From: a virus
IMG/VR virus record: IMGVR_UViG_3300025860_000003
Span: 32,001-96,000 of that record
DNA length: 64,000 bases
Reading direction: 5' to 3' (one strand)
The position numbers were made by a program, and so were the translations under genes. The notes beneath the pieces were generated by a model. It had not been told where the DNA came from. It searched no databases and saw only the letters and a list, made by a program, of their open reading frames with translations. Within the stretch, counting starts at the first letter, position 1; each line of letters starts with the position of its first letter. Of the stretch, positions 26,289-35,931 are shown in pieces.

Positions 26289-26941
26289 TAAAAGAAACCC
26301 TCTAGAGTATTTGGCTCATCACCTATCAATTTATCACGCATCCAATATTCGCCTACAGCAGCAATTGCTTCTTCTACAGTAGCGGTCTTTTTCTTACCAA
26401 AGCCATGTGATTCAAGCGACTCATTTGTAAGCTGCTTCACAACCTTAGCGTCAGTGGGTGTGGCTAGATGAGGCATCTTAATTGCGGTAGCTCTGAACAT
26501 CCGTTGTTCTCTCGCAGAGGCAAATAGTGGCTGGTCAGATCGTAACGAGCCTGTCGGATCAACTGCCCAGAATACTAGACCATTTCTCTTATGCCAAGTA
26601 ACTGATGATGGAGTACATGACAACTTCAATCGAGTCATACCATTATCGCAAGCATCAGCCATAACCTGTTCCCAGATAATTGTAGCGTAACCTTTACCCT
26701 CTTGCCCTTGGCGAGTTACGATCTCATATAGATTGATGTATCGTGATCTCTGACTATATGTAGCGAATACAAAGGCAACCAACTCACCATCCACTTCCAA
26801 AGCAAACGGCGGATTCTTATCATAGTTCTTGAATCGAAACCAAAGGCTGTGTGAAGAGTTGAGAAACTTAGTGTTTCTACCCTCTGGGGAGTCCTCTATG
26901 ACTGCCTCCACCATCTCTTGTGTACAACGTACTAACTGCAT
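26288..26941 (-). CDS. GNAT-family acetyltransferase
   Basis: Acetyl-CoA-binding motif QGQEGKGYA; W....G..FW. Confidence 0.75.
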   Translation of the reverse strand: MQLVRCTQEMVEAVIEDSPEGRNTKFLNSSHSLWFRFKNYDKNPPFALEVDGELVAFVFATYSQRSRYINLYEIVTRQGQEGKGYATIIWEQVMADACDNGMTRLKLSCTPSSVTWHKRNGLVFWAVDPTGSLRSDQPLFASAREQRMFRATAIKMPHLATPTDAKVVKQLTNESLESHGFGKKKTATVEEAIAAVGEYWMRDKLIGDEPNTLEGFF

Positions 26942-27624
26942 TGTAGATCCCTCACTAAAGCGCCGCCACGTATTTTTTTTCCGACACTTAGCTCACCATT
27001 GTAAATATAAGACTGGTACATACCGCATTGTGTTGTATCGCCGCAGCCGCTTCGATTCAGGATATCTTTGGTTGACGCAAACACTACACCATTGCTTCTG
27101 GCACTATACCATAATGGTCTTGCTTCGTTTCTAAACGCAGATAATGTTTTGTCTTTGGTGATACTACAAACTGCCATACTAGCAGGAGAGAAGTCATTGA
27201 GTGGATGTCTATTGGCTTCAAAGGACTTCAATATGAGCTCACTATCATTTGCTGTCTCGGTGTCATACTTCCATTGGCTCATATCTTCTTGCGAGATAAC
27301 GCCGTTATGGACTATGCTTTGATTGCCGTTAGAGAATGGTTGGTTGTAACGCAAGTCAGAAGTGGAGTAGCGGATATGACCAATAAGGTATATTCCACCA
27401 TCCTCATTGACCATACTGCTGATGGGGTATCTCTCTAGAAATTGGTCGCAAGGAATCCCTTCCTTAATGGTGTGAATTTCGCCATTCTTGATATAAGAGA
27501 CTCCAGTCGCATGCTTGCCTCTTATCATTGACTGTTGGAAGACATTCTCGACTAGACGGATATTCTCCAAAGAGTCGCGACTCACTGTCGACCTTTCCAA
27601 CCATACACCTATCACACCACACAT
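26932..27624 (-). CDS. class II (Ntn) glutamine amidotransferase domain protein
   Basis: N-terminal MCGVIG; RG..ATG, GHIRYST, NQP, HNGVI, DSE and RPL motifs. Confidence 0.88.
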   Translation of the reverse strand: MCGVIGVWLERSTVSRDSLENIRLVENVFQQSMIRGKHATGVSYIKNGEIHTIKEGIPCDQFLERYPISSMVNEDGGIYLIGHIRYSTSDLRYNQPFSNGNQSIVHNGVISQEDMSQWKYDTETANDSELILKSFEANRHPLNDFSPASMAVCSITKDKTLSAFRNEARPLWYSARSNGVVFASTKDILNRSGCGDTTQCGMYQSYIYNGELSVGKKIRGGALVRDLQCS

Positions 27625-27653
27625 AATATACCCTGAATTAGTTGATTTCAGTT

Positions 27654-27682
27654 ATTATACACTACTTCACCAGATTAATCAA
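27654..27682 (-). promoter_or_regulatory. sigma70-type promoter TTGATT-N17-TATAAT for the DNA-modification operon
   Basis: Consensus spacing upstream of 27624. Confidence 0.6.
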
Positions 27683-28195
27683 GTATTTTTTTCGCAATTT
27701 GTCTAGCCTTTTCTTTTCTTTCCTAGCTCTGTCTACTTGGACAGATGAAGCTCTGCTGGTGAAGTTTATACCAATAAGGTAATCGTTCGCTTGCTGAAAA
27801 TACTTCGCCATGAACTCATTAAGTTTGTGTGTGTCAACGTTACCGTCAGCAGCGGCATATCTTGCTCTAATATACGATGGACGCTTCACCTTAATGAACA
27901 GCCCATTATATGTAACACATCCCTCTTCTTCATTTATTGTCTCTTCCGATTCCCACACGATAGTTGGGTTGAATACGGTGATGATATTATTAGGATCATC
28001 AGGATTCCCGACAACAAAAACCGAAAGGTTGATTCCACACTGATTAGCCGACAGCGCATAGGCACGATTAGCTATCATCGTTTCTTTAAGGTTCTCTGCC
28101 AACTCAACTGGATCCATCTGTGGATTGTCGAAGTCAAACTTCACTGTTGCTCTGCGCAAACCAATATGGTCTAACGACATCAAATTATATATCAT
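27662..28195 (-). CDS. def: peptide deformylase-like protein with degenerate active site
   Basis: ALSANQCG, FNPTI, EEGCVT and VKRP motifs; QHEXDH replaced by QQANDY. Confidence 0.8.
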   Translation of the reverse strand: MIYNLMSLDHIGLRRATVKFDFDNPQMDPVELAENLKETMIANRAYALSANQCGINLSVFVVGNPDDPNNIITVFNPTIVWESEETINEEEGCVTYNGLFIKVKRPSYIRARYAAADGNVDTHKLNEFMAKYFQQANDYLIGINFTSRASSVQVDRARKEKKRLDKLRKKYLINLVK

Positions 28196-29907
28196 GGTGC
28201 TATCCTGCTAAACGATTTAACTTTCTCAAAACGGATCTGGCTGCGGAATTTATCAGTCAGAACGTCACCCTTGGTATGTGTAATGATAAAGACATTAGTG
28301 TCAGACATATCATTCAATAACTTTGTCAACTCATCAGTACCTGTAATGTCAAGAGAGTTATCAAACACTTCATCGAGTATCAGTAGGTTTGTGTTTGTTG
28401 AATTCTTCAGCTTTGCAATGGCTCGCCATGTAAGTAGTAAGGCGATATCAATACGAGTCTTTTCTCCCTCAGAGAAACTAGCATAAGAAAACTCATCACG
28501 ATGGCGACTTTTAATAATTTCATTGAATTCCTCATCAAGTTCAAAGTTCACAAAGAAGTCTAATGCTGACAAGTATTTGTTCACCAGCTTATTCATAATA
28601 GGGACATACTGCTTGATGATCTTTGACTTAATGCCGCCATCTTTAAGCATAGTAGATGCGATCTCAAACAATGCCTTATCTTCTGACAATGCGCTGGCTT
28701 GTTTACTATACACCCCCAAGTCTGTCTTGTAGCTATCCAGTTTAATGGTCGCATCGCTGTCTACAGTAGATTGCTGCTCGGCAGTTTGAATCTTCTGCTC
28801 AACACCTTTGATCTGATCACCATACAAACTAATTTGCGTTTGACAATCACGTATCTTATTCTGAGCATCTTGTATCTCATACTGTATAGTATTCATCTGA
28901 CTCAGCTCTTCATGCAGCTCATCATACTCAACCTTCAATTGGCTTATAGCGTCTTGCGTTGTATGCAGTATCTCAGCGGTCTTGTCGATCTTCTGCTTCT
29001 TAACTTGCATGTCAATGATCTGTTCGCAGGTCGGGCAATTATCGTTGTTGTCATAGAACTTGATGCGCTTCTCAGCTTTCGACGACTTATCATGTAGCTT
29101 ATCTAAGAGCGTTGACATCTTATTTGACTTAGCTTCAGACTTTCCTTTATGAGAGATTGAGTCAATCAGAGTATCAGCTGTCATAGTAAGCGCAATACAA
29201 AGGTTGTCAGCATCCTGCTTTGACTCAACATATCCCTGAGCCTCATCCTTTAGCGAGACAATCAGCTTATTGGCGTCCGAAGTAACCTGTCGAAGATATT
29301 CCTTTTGTACATCTATCTTCTCTTGAGTTATATCAAGTTGATAATTGACTTCAGCGATATTCCGTTTGTTCTCAGAAACTCTTTCTTTCAACAAGAGATT
29401 CATAGTGGAGAATATCTGGATATCAAGCAAGTCCTCAATAACCTCTCTACGATCACGTGTAGATAACTGCATGAACGGAGTGAAGGATGCGTTGCCTAGA
29501 ATAACGATCTGAGTGAACGATTTATAATTCAGCTTGAGGATAGTGTTCTCTAGAATAAGCTGATAGTCTCTGGCATTTCCAGGTTGGTCAACCAACTTAC
29601 CATTTTTGTATATCTCGAAGAATGCAGGCTTCATACCTCTACGAACCTTATACTCAACGGTTCCTACATTGAACTCAATCTCAACCACACATCCCTTTTC
29701 GTTGATACTATTACAGAGCAACGCCTTATTGATCTTGCGGAAAGGTTTGTTGAATAGACCAAAGACGAGAGCGTCTAATATGGTAGATTTACCCGCACCA
29801 TTTTCGCCTGTAATGACCGTGCTCGGAGACCGATTAAGCTGGATCTCTGTAGCCACATTACCTGTGCTCAGGAAATTCTTGTAGGATAACTTCTTGAATA
29901 GTATCAT
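28192..29907 (-). CDS. gp46: recombination endonuclease ATPase subunit (Rad50/SbcC-like)
   Basis: GENGAGKST, CPTC zinc hook, FSEGEK and LILDEVFD motifs. Confidence 0.97.
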   Translation of the reverse strand: MILFKKLSYKNFLSTGNVATEIQLNRSPSTVITGENGAGKSTILDALVFGLFNKPFRKINKALLCNSINEKGCVVEIEFNVGTVEYKVRRGMKPAFFEIYKNGKLVDQPGNARDYQLILENTILKLNYKSFTQIVILGNASFTPFMQLSTRDRREVIEDLLDIQIFSTMNLLLKERVSENKRNIAEVNYQLDITQEKIDVQKEYLRQVTSDANKLIVSLKDEAQGYVESKQDADNLCIALTMTADTLIDSISHKGKSEAKSNKMSTLLDKLHDKSSKAEKRIKFYDNNDNCPTCEQIIDMQVKKQKIDKTAEILHTTQDAISQLKVEYDELHEELSQMNTIQYEIQDAQNKIRDCQTQISLYGDQIKGVEQKIQTAEQQSTVDSDATIKLDSYKTDLGVYSKQASALSEDKALFEIASTMLKDGGIKSKIIKQYVPIMNKLVNKYLSALDFFVNFELDEEFNEIIKSRHRDEFSYASFSEGEKTRIDIALLLTWRAIAKLKNSTNTNLLILDEVFDNSLDITGTDELTKLLNDMSDTNVFIITHTKGDVLTDKFRSQIRFEKVKSFSRIAP

Positions 29908-29917
29908 AATTTACAGT

Positions 29918-30976
29918 TTACTCTATTGTGAGGGATTCATTATATAACGAACGGAGCAAAGAGTCAAGCCTTTCTTTGGGTACGTTGTCAGATAAGCCTC
30001 CGACATACTTGGAGAGTATCGTCATAGTGTCCTCAGCCTCATTCACTATATCCTCATCGTCCTCTAGATTCAGGTTCATATGATCATCTACGATCTGGAT
30101 ATTGAGCGGATCAGACTTATACAGCTTGTCAATGAATAGATCAAACCAGTATGGATTGTCACACTTCTGTTTAATCACCTTGACATAGGTGTTCTTGAAC
30201 CCGTCAAAGTCTACATCAAGAAGATCTTCCATCGTCTTGCCGTCTTCATTATAGAACACTTTATGGAACATAGAGTATGGATTGCGTACAAACTCAAGCT
30301 CTCGCTTATCAGTATCGTAGATATGGAAGCCTTTAGTATCGCCATAATCAGCCCATGTAAGCTCATAGGGACAGCCGAGATACTCGATATTGTTTGTAGT
30401 TGACTTATGGTGGAAGTGACCAGAACATACAAGCTCAAACTTAGAGAAGTCCGCAATCTTCATACCATGCTCGTTCATGTTACCGCGATCCATCAGACAG
30501 CCAGCAATCTCTAGGTGACCAAACAACACTTGAGCTGGGGTGTCTTTCATAGACTGAATCGCAGCGGCATAGTTTTGATTGTTTATCCAAGGCATGATAT
30601 GAATGTCATGACCATCAAACTTCAGGTCAGTAGGCTCTGAGTAATAGTTCACATTAGACTTATCAAACAGCTCCCGCATGGAGTTCACATCATTAGTGTT
30701 TTTATATGGAACGTCATGATTGCCGACTATAACGTGTAACTCAATACCCTCTTCAGTACACTTATCAATGAACATCTCCTTCATTCTACGGAGAGTTACA
30801 TAGTTGATATACTTGCGTCGATCGACAATATCACCCAGATGGATGATTGTATCAATACCCTGCTCCTTCAGGTGAGGAAAGAAGTGTTTGCTGTAAAACT
30901 TCTCAAAGTAGTCTAAGAAGTTTACGCTGTCATTACGAATACCGAAGTGTGTGTCGGTTACTAATCCAATTTTCAT
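29918..30976 (-). CDS. gp47: recombination endonuclease nuclease subunit (Mre11/SbcD-like)
   Basis: DTHFG, HLGD, GNHD, GHLE and SGHFH motifs. Confidence 0.97.
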   Translation of the reverse strand: MKIGLVTDTHFGIRNDSVNFLDYFEKFYSKHFFPHLKEQGIDTIIHLGDIVDRRKYINYVTLRRMKEMFIDKCTEEGIELHVIVGNHDVPYKNTNDVNSMRELFDKSNVNYYSEPTDLKFDGHDIHIMPWINNQNYAAAIQSMKDTPAQVLFGHLEIAGCLMDRGNMNEHGMKIADFSKFELVCSGHFHHKSTTNNIEYLGCPYELTWADYGDTKGFHIYDTDKRELEFVRNPYSMFHKVFYNEDGKTMEDLLDVDFDGFKNTYVKVIKQKCDNPYWFDLFIDKLYKSDPLNIQIVDDHMNLNLEDDEDIVNEAEDTMTILSKYVGGLSDNVPKERLDSLLRSLYNESLTIE

Positions 30977-31536
30977 TGCTGAAGTTTGCCCTCTTCCGTT
31001 TCTTTCTTCTTCTTGATCTTTCTTCGCTTATTTTCTTCGAAGTCCTCAACAAACCTCGCCATGTAGTCTTCAGTCCACTCGCCATACTTAACGTTGTCAT
31101 TGTAGTCATTACCAGAATCATGACCTTGAGTGTCCGCAGTATCACCCAACACATTAGTGTGCTCAGAGAACTTAATCTTCACATACAGGTTCTTTTTCTC
31201 TTTCTGTATTCTACGGAGGAACGCATAGTAGATGATCTGTGTGAAATACGCAAATGGGTTGTTCGACTTCTCAGGGTTGAAGTTGTCAATATATTGTAGG
31301 CAGTTCTCGATACCATCACAGACCATCTCATCTCGAAAGGTGTAGTTGATGAAGTTTGGTTTGTATGATAGGTGAGTCGCTATCTTCATAATGCAGTCAG
31401 CAATATAGTTCGAGACGATAGGTCTTGGTGCACCACTTTCCTTTGCGTCTATGACGCTCTGACGGAACTCAGTCATAGCCCCCAAGAACTTCTTGTTATC
31501 AACATAGTATGGCTTCTTCTTTGCTGCTTTTGACAT
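30973..31536 (-). CDS. gp55: late transcription sigma factor
   Basis: YVDNKKF...NFINYT.RDEM..DGIENC..Y..NF.PEKS.NPFAYFTQI. Confidence 0.96.
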   Translation of the reverse strand: MSKAAKKKPYYVDNKKFLGAMTEFRQSVIDAKESGAPRPIVSNYIADCIMKIATHLSYKPNFINYTFRDEMVCDGIENCLQYIDNFNPEKSNNPFAYFTQIIYYAFLRRIQKEKKNLYVKIKFSEHTNVLGDTADTQGHDSGNDYNDNVKYGEWTEDYMARFVEDFEENKRRKIKKKKETEEGKLQQ

Positions 31537-31545
31537 AATATAATC

Positions 31546-31959
31546 CTAATGCATCGTTGTATTAGCTGTTGATTCTGATTGAGCCACGACTTTAGCATAC
31601 ACTTCCTGTATCTGTCTATCGGTCATCTGTTCTTCATCATCAGAAGAGAAAAATGAAGCAGAGCTATCACTTTCCATTGAATCATTTATTGTTTCTAGAC
31701 ATCTATTATAATACGTTATCATGTCCTCGTCAACCTCTGATTTCAACATAATTGCGCTTTGCTTTATGTGAAACAGATTCACTTCTTTAGTCAACGGAAC
31801 CCATATTGTACAGATGCAAATAGGCGAAGCATCCTTTCTGGTGTGTACAGTTATCTGTACTGGGTCGATGATATGAAGATGCGTTTCGTCTTCAAATGTA
31901 ACTTCAGTAAGAAGCGTCTCTCCATTGATTAGCTTAACAATCTCAATGCTCATTCTCAA
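31546..31959 (-). CDS. conserved hypothetical protein (Sm-like, between uvsW and gp55)
   Basis: IVKLINGE...P...W.P pattern; usual position in T4-like phages. Confidence 0.7.
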   Translation of the reverse strand: MRMSIEIVKLINGETLLTEVTFEDETHLHIIDPVQITVHTRKDASPICICTIWVPLTKEVNLFHIKQSAIMLKSEVDEDMITYYNRCLETINDSMESDSSASFFSSDDEEQMTDRQIQEVYAKVVAQSESTANTTMH

Positions 31960-33415
31960 TCCCTATATTATATATTTTATATTCAAAATTCTCTTCATTA
32001 TACATCTTAACTCTCACAGCAAAATGTTTCAGTGTATGGTTATTCCATGACTTCCAACTCAGGTCATCGGATACATCATAGAGAGTGGCGACCTCTTTAT
32101 CATCGCCCTTTCTCAAGCCCCTGCCGATCGACTGTAAATTTCTTACACGTGACTTACTAGGACTGGCAAAGATAACATTATGTAAATTTCTAATGTTGAT
32201 GCCAGTAGAGAAAGTCCCATAAGACGCAATAATAACGGCGTTGTTTTCTTTTTCGGTGATAGCACGTACACTCTCTCTGGTATCGGCATCTACTCCTCCA
32301 TATATAAAAAATACTTGTCTACCCTCTTCAGCAGCTTCGCTTATCATATCATATAAGATACGACCATGCTTATCAACATACTGGAAGAGTAATAGTGTAT
32401 TACCTTTTCGTGTTAAAGTCAAGTTCTTTAGGAACGCATTACGCTTGGCGTGGCTTACTATGAAGTCCATTTCAGCTTGATAAGTTGAGTTCTTCACAAC
32501 CTTTCGAGTAGCATCATCATACTTTAAGACGAGACATTTGATACGGAAGTCTGATAGAGTCTTGTTGTCAATCAGCTCTTTAGTGGTGATCACCCGCATA
32601 ACTGGACCAAACATTCCCTCCAACACCAGCTTATTGGTTACAGTTCCGTCTAGTGTTCCAGTGAAGCCAAACCGATACTTACAATCAACCATCTTCTCCA
32701 TAATCTTAGTCAGAGACGTTGCTTTAAATAGGTGGGCTTCATCGCCGATGATTATATCAAATTGATCGAAGTATGATTTTGGTTGCTTGTAGATACTCTG
32801 CCAAGTACTGATAATTATTTTCGCTTCATCGACAGATTTAGCTTGACCTCCAGTAACAAGATGGGTATAATAGAACTGTCGCTCTTCGGAATAGTCATTA
32901 AAGTCTCCATTAAGCTGTGCTACCAATGATGTAGTCGGTACAATAACGAGTGCTTTCTTACAGGTCTTGCGTAGATAATACTTTAGTAGACAGTAGATGA
33001 TAAACGACTTACCTGAAGCAGTAGGTGATAATATCAAAGCTCTGTGATTGCGAACAGCGTGAGCAACAGCTCTTAACTGATAGTCCCTTGGCTTCCACTT
33101 ACCCTCTGTAAGAAACTTCTCCAAACCATTCAGCGGAATGTCAATTGTATCGTCGATACCATCATGAACAATAACTTCATACTCTCTATCAGCAGCAAAC
33201 TTCTTTATCTTAGTGAGCAACCCTTTATAGATTTGCATTGTATTGACGTTGAATAGTCTTATCTTACCGTCCCACATCTTAGCTCTTACTGATGGGATGA
33301 ACGAAGCTCCTGGAACCTCAAACTCAAAATAGCTTGATAGCTCCATAGCAATTCCACGATCGCATTCGACCTTTATGTGGACTTCATTCTTATTGTATAT
33401 GTGTATCTGTTCCAT
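31943..33415 (-). CDS. uvsW: UvsW SF2 helicase
   Basis: PRDYQ, SPTASGKS, DEAH, GFTGT and QSIGRGLR motifs. Confidence 0.96.
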   Translation of the reverse strand: MEQIHIYNKNEVHIKVECDRGIAMELSSYFEFEVPGASFIPSVRAKMWDGKIRLFNVNTMQIYKGLLTKIKKFAADREYEVIVHDGIDDTIDIPLNGLEKFLTEGKWKPRDYQLRAVAHAVRNHRALILSPTASGKSFIIYCLLKYYLRKTCKKALVIVPTTSLVAQLNGDFNDYSEERQFYYTHLVTGGQAKSVDEAKIIISTWQSIYKQPKSYFDQFDIIIGDEAHLFKATSLTKIMEKMVDCKYRFGFTGTLDGTVTNKLVLEGMFGPVMRVITTKELIDNKTLSDFRIKCLVLKYDDATRKVVKNSTYQAEMDFIVSHAKRNAFLKNLTLTRKGNTLLLFQYVDKHGRILYDMISEAAEEGRQVFFIYGGVDADTRESVRAITEKENNAVIIASYGTFSTGINIRNLHNVIFASPSKSRVRNLQSIGRGLRKGDDKEVATLYDVSDDLSWKSWNNHTLKHFAVRVKMYNEENFEYKIYNIGIENEH

Positions 33416-33418
33416 AAT

Positions 33419-33850
33419 CTAACCTGTTGTAAAGCGTGCCCAATCAACAGCCGATTTGATTTGGAAGCCACGGTTGTTTATACTCTTGATTATCGACTCA
33501 AGATAGCCAACCTTTTCTTCCTGCATACCAAGCTGTAGATTAGCCTGAATCATCATATCGTCTGATTCTATATAGGTGTCTACTTCATTCTTCAATAATT
33601 TCTTAAAGAATTGCTGGCGACCGATCTCTTGCAATTCGTCTTGATCAAGCTCGCCAAGATAATACTCAAGAAGTTTCCTCCGAGTTTTCTTTGACTCAGC
33701 CTTGAGCTTGAACAGAGCTATGCGCTCGCCCATAAAGATTTTTAGATATTTGTTGTGTACTTGGGGAATCTTGGCGCTTTCCGCACCAAGCTCAGTTTCA
33801 TCAATCTTACTATCTTTGTCCCACTCTTTTACTATCTGTTCTACGTTCAC
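33419..33850 (-). CDS. uvsY: recombination mediator UvsY
   Basis: WDKDSKID...KIPQVHNKY...RGFQIKSAVDW.RF..G. Confidence 0.93.
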   Translation of the reverse strand: MNVEQIVKEWDKDSKIDETELGAESAKIPQVHNKYLKIFMGERIALFKLKAESKKTRRKLLEYYLGELDQDELQEIGRQQFFKKLLKNEVDTYIESDDMMIQANLQLGMQEEKVGYLESIIKSINNRGFQIKSAVDWARFTTG

Positions 33851-33887
33851 ATATCACCTCATTAAAAAAAACACCATTCACCATACT

Positions 33888-33916
33888 ATTATACCGCATT
33901 ACTTGATAGTCGTCAA
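33888..33916 (-). promoter_or_regulatory. sigma70-type promoter TTGACG-N17-TATAAT
   Basis: Consensus spacing upstream of uvsY. Confidence 0.7.
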
Positions 33917-34420
33917 CTCATATTTCCTATAGTTGAATGTTACTTGGGCTTGTAGATAATCAACATCAGTTTGTTCAATGTTGAATTCAAGTGAAGAAAG
34001 GCTTGTTGGATACAAGTCTGTAAACTTGATTTCGATATTCGGGTTCATCGCAGCAGTAGTGATGATCATTGATCCGTCAGAATAGATGTTGCCCTTATCG
34101 CTTTTGGTTCGACCAAATGCTTTTGCTTGATCGAAGTTGTCTGGATAACCAAGACCGATCAACCAATCATATATCTCGATGAAGTTTTTCATGTCTTCAT
34201 CGACACGAAAGTTCAGAGTGAACGTTCCGAAAGACAGCTTGTCTCCTGGAACTGGCATCTGAATGAATGGGTTGTTTACTGGACCTCCTTCGCTGAGGGA
34301 GATATCTGGTATGGTAGCTGCTGTACAAAAATAATTTACGTGCGGCAAGCGTTGCATACTGAACCTAAACCCTATGGGTGATAGGAAACTCTTGTTGATT
34401 GGTTGTGTGTTCTGTGTCAT
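33899..34420 (-). CDS. gp3: tail completion / sheath stabiliser protein
   Basis: FLSPIGFRF...PGDKL.F...F.VDEDM.N..EI.DW...LYPTSLS. Confidence 0.9.
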   Translation of the reverse strand: MTQNTQPINKSFLSPIGFRFSMQRLPHVNYFCTAATIPDISLSEGGPVNNPFIQMPVPGDKLSFGTFTLNFRVDEDMKNFIEIYDWLIGLGYPDNFDQAKAFGRTKSDKGNIYSDGSMIITTAAMNPNIEIKFTDLYPTSLSSLEFNIEQTDVDYLQAQVTFNYRKYELTTIK

Positions 34421-34449
34421 GTAACTCCGCCTTTAAATTGCTTACCCTC

Positions 34450-34457
34450 TATTTATA
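34450..34457 (-). promoter_or_regulatory. late promoter TATAAATA (gp3)
   Basis: Exact consensus. Confidence 0.8.
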
Positions 34458-34461
34458 AGGC

Positions 34462-34490
34462 AAAAAAAAGAGGAGACCGAAGTCTCCTCT
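34462..34490 (-). terminator. rho-independent terminator after gp23 with C(UUCG)G loop
   Basis: AGAGGAGAC-TTCG-GTCTCCTCT followed by a T-tract. Confidence 0.9.
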
Positions 34491-34532
34491 CAAAATGTTC
34501 GGTATAAACCGAATCTTTTTTCTTCTTATTGC

Positions 34533-35876
34533 TTACATAAGGTTAGCAACAGTCACTCGACGGTAGTACGAGTTCTTATCGTTAGCGGCAGTACCAACAA
34601 CACCAGCACCTTCGCTAGTAGCGAAAGGATTGGCAACCATGCCATAGCGAGTCTTAAAGCCGATTTTAGGCTGGAAAGTATTCTCGCCAACAGCACGAAC
34701 CATTTGTAGAGGCACATATGGGCAGTAGAACAAGCCAGCGTCAAAGGCAGAAGTACCTTTGTAGCCAAGAGTGAAGTAGTTAGTAGTAGTGTAAGGATCG
34801 ATATAAACTTTAATGCGACCGTTTAATACACCAGCGAAAGTGTTACCAGAATCGTCTACTTGTAAGCTGTTGCTTAAAGCAGGAGCATAGTCAAGAACAC
34901 CAGCCATTTGAAGAGCAGAAGCAACATCAGATGAACAGATCATCACGTTACCTTTACCACGACGAGTAGCTTTAGCGATTGCATTAGCTTCTTTTTCGAT
35001 TTGGAACATCAAGCCTTTGAACTTCTCAACAGACCAGCGACCGTTAGAGTCAGTGTCTAGATCGAAAGTACCAGCAGTAGTTACACTATCTTGAGCACCA
35101 ACAGTAGCAGTGATGTTGATAGTACGAACAACTTCACGGTTGATTTCAGCAAGGATTTCAGCAGAAAGGATATTGCTTAACTCTTGCTCAGCGTCTAGAC
35201 CATGTACAGCTTTAAGGTCTTGAGCCAACTCCATTGTGTACTCAGCTTTAAGCGCACGGCTCACAGCAGTTACAGCAACTTTGTCGATCGAGAAAGCCAT
35301 TTCGTTGAAAGCATTGGCAGCGCCATCGCCTAATTTCTCAGCATCATCAGTGTCCATACCAGTAGATACTGTGTAAGTACCAGAAGGATCAGTACCAGCA
35401 GCAGCACCAGCAGCACGAGCACCAGCACCGTTACCGATGGTTCCCTGAGAAGCAGCATTAGCAAAAGCAGAACCAGAGAAAGTAGTATCAGCTTCGCCGA
35501 ACAAAGCCTCACCAACACCAGTTTGGGCAGTGTATTGAGATTTCATTGCAAAGATAAGTCCAGTTGGACCAGTCATAGGCTGTACGCCACAGATATCATA
35601 TGCAATCAAGTTAGGCATAGAGCGACGAACAAGGCTGATCAATACAGGATCAAAATTGTCAACGCTTGCGCCAGTTGCGTTAGCAGGAGCTGCTTCACCT
35701 AAAAGGCTAGGAGCGTGTGCGCCCATCTGGTGACCAGACTGCTCACGTGCTGCTTTTTCTTGGTTTTCTAAAAGTGTAGCAATAGTTGAACGCTTGTGCA
35801 CACCGTCAATCTTTGGTAGATCAGCGTGCTCAAGGACAGGTTGCCACTTCGCTTGTAAATCGTTTGTTAGAATCAT
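34533..35876 (-). CDS. gp23: major capsid protein
   Basis: DPVLISLVRRSMPNLIAYDICGVQPMTGPTGLIFAM; RALKAEYTMELAQDLKAVHGLDAE. Confidence 0.99.
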   Translation of the reverse strand: MILTNDLQAKWQPVLEHADLPKIDGVHKRSTIATLLENQEKAAREQSGHQMGAHAPSLLGEAAPANATGASVDNFDPVLISLVRRSMPNLIAYDICGVQPMTGPTGLIFAMKSQYTAQTGVGEALFGEADTTFSGSAFANAASQGTIGNGAGARAAGAAAGTDPSGTYTVSTGMDTDDAEKLGDGAANAFNEMAFSIDKVAVTAVSRALKAEYTMELAQDLKAVHGLDAEQELSNILSAEILAEINREVVRTINITATVGAQDSVTTAGTFDLDTDSNGRWSVEKFKGLMFQIEKEANAIAKATRRGKGNVMICSSDVASALQMAGVLDYAPALSNSLQVDDSGNTFAGVLNGRIKVYIDPYTTTNYFTLGYKGTSAFDAGLFYCPYVPLQMVRAVGENTFQPKIGFKTRYGMVANPFATSEGAGVVGTAANDKNSYYRRVTVANLM

Positions 35877-35918
35877 TAGGTTCTCCTTAAATAAGACCTT
35901 GTAGTATAGATACTTAGT

Positions 35919-35926
35919 TATTTATA
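35919..35926 (-). promoter_or_regulatory. late promoter TATAAATA (gp23)
   Basis: Exact consensus. Confidence 0.85.
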
Positions 35927-35931
35927 ATATT

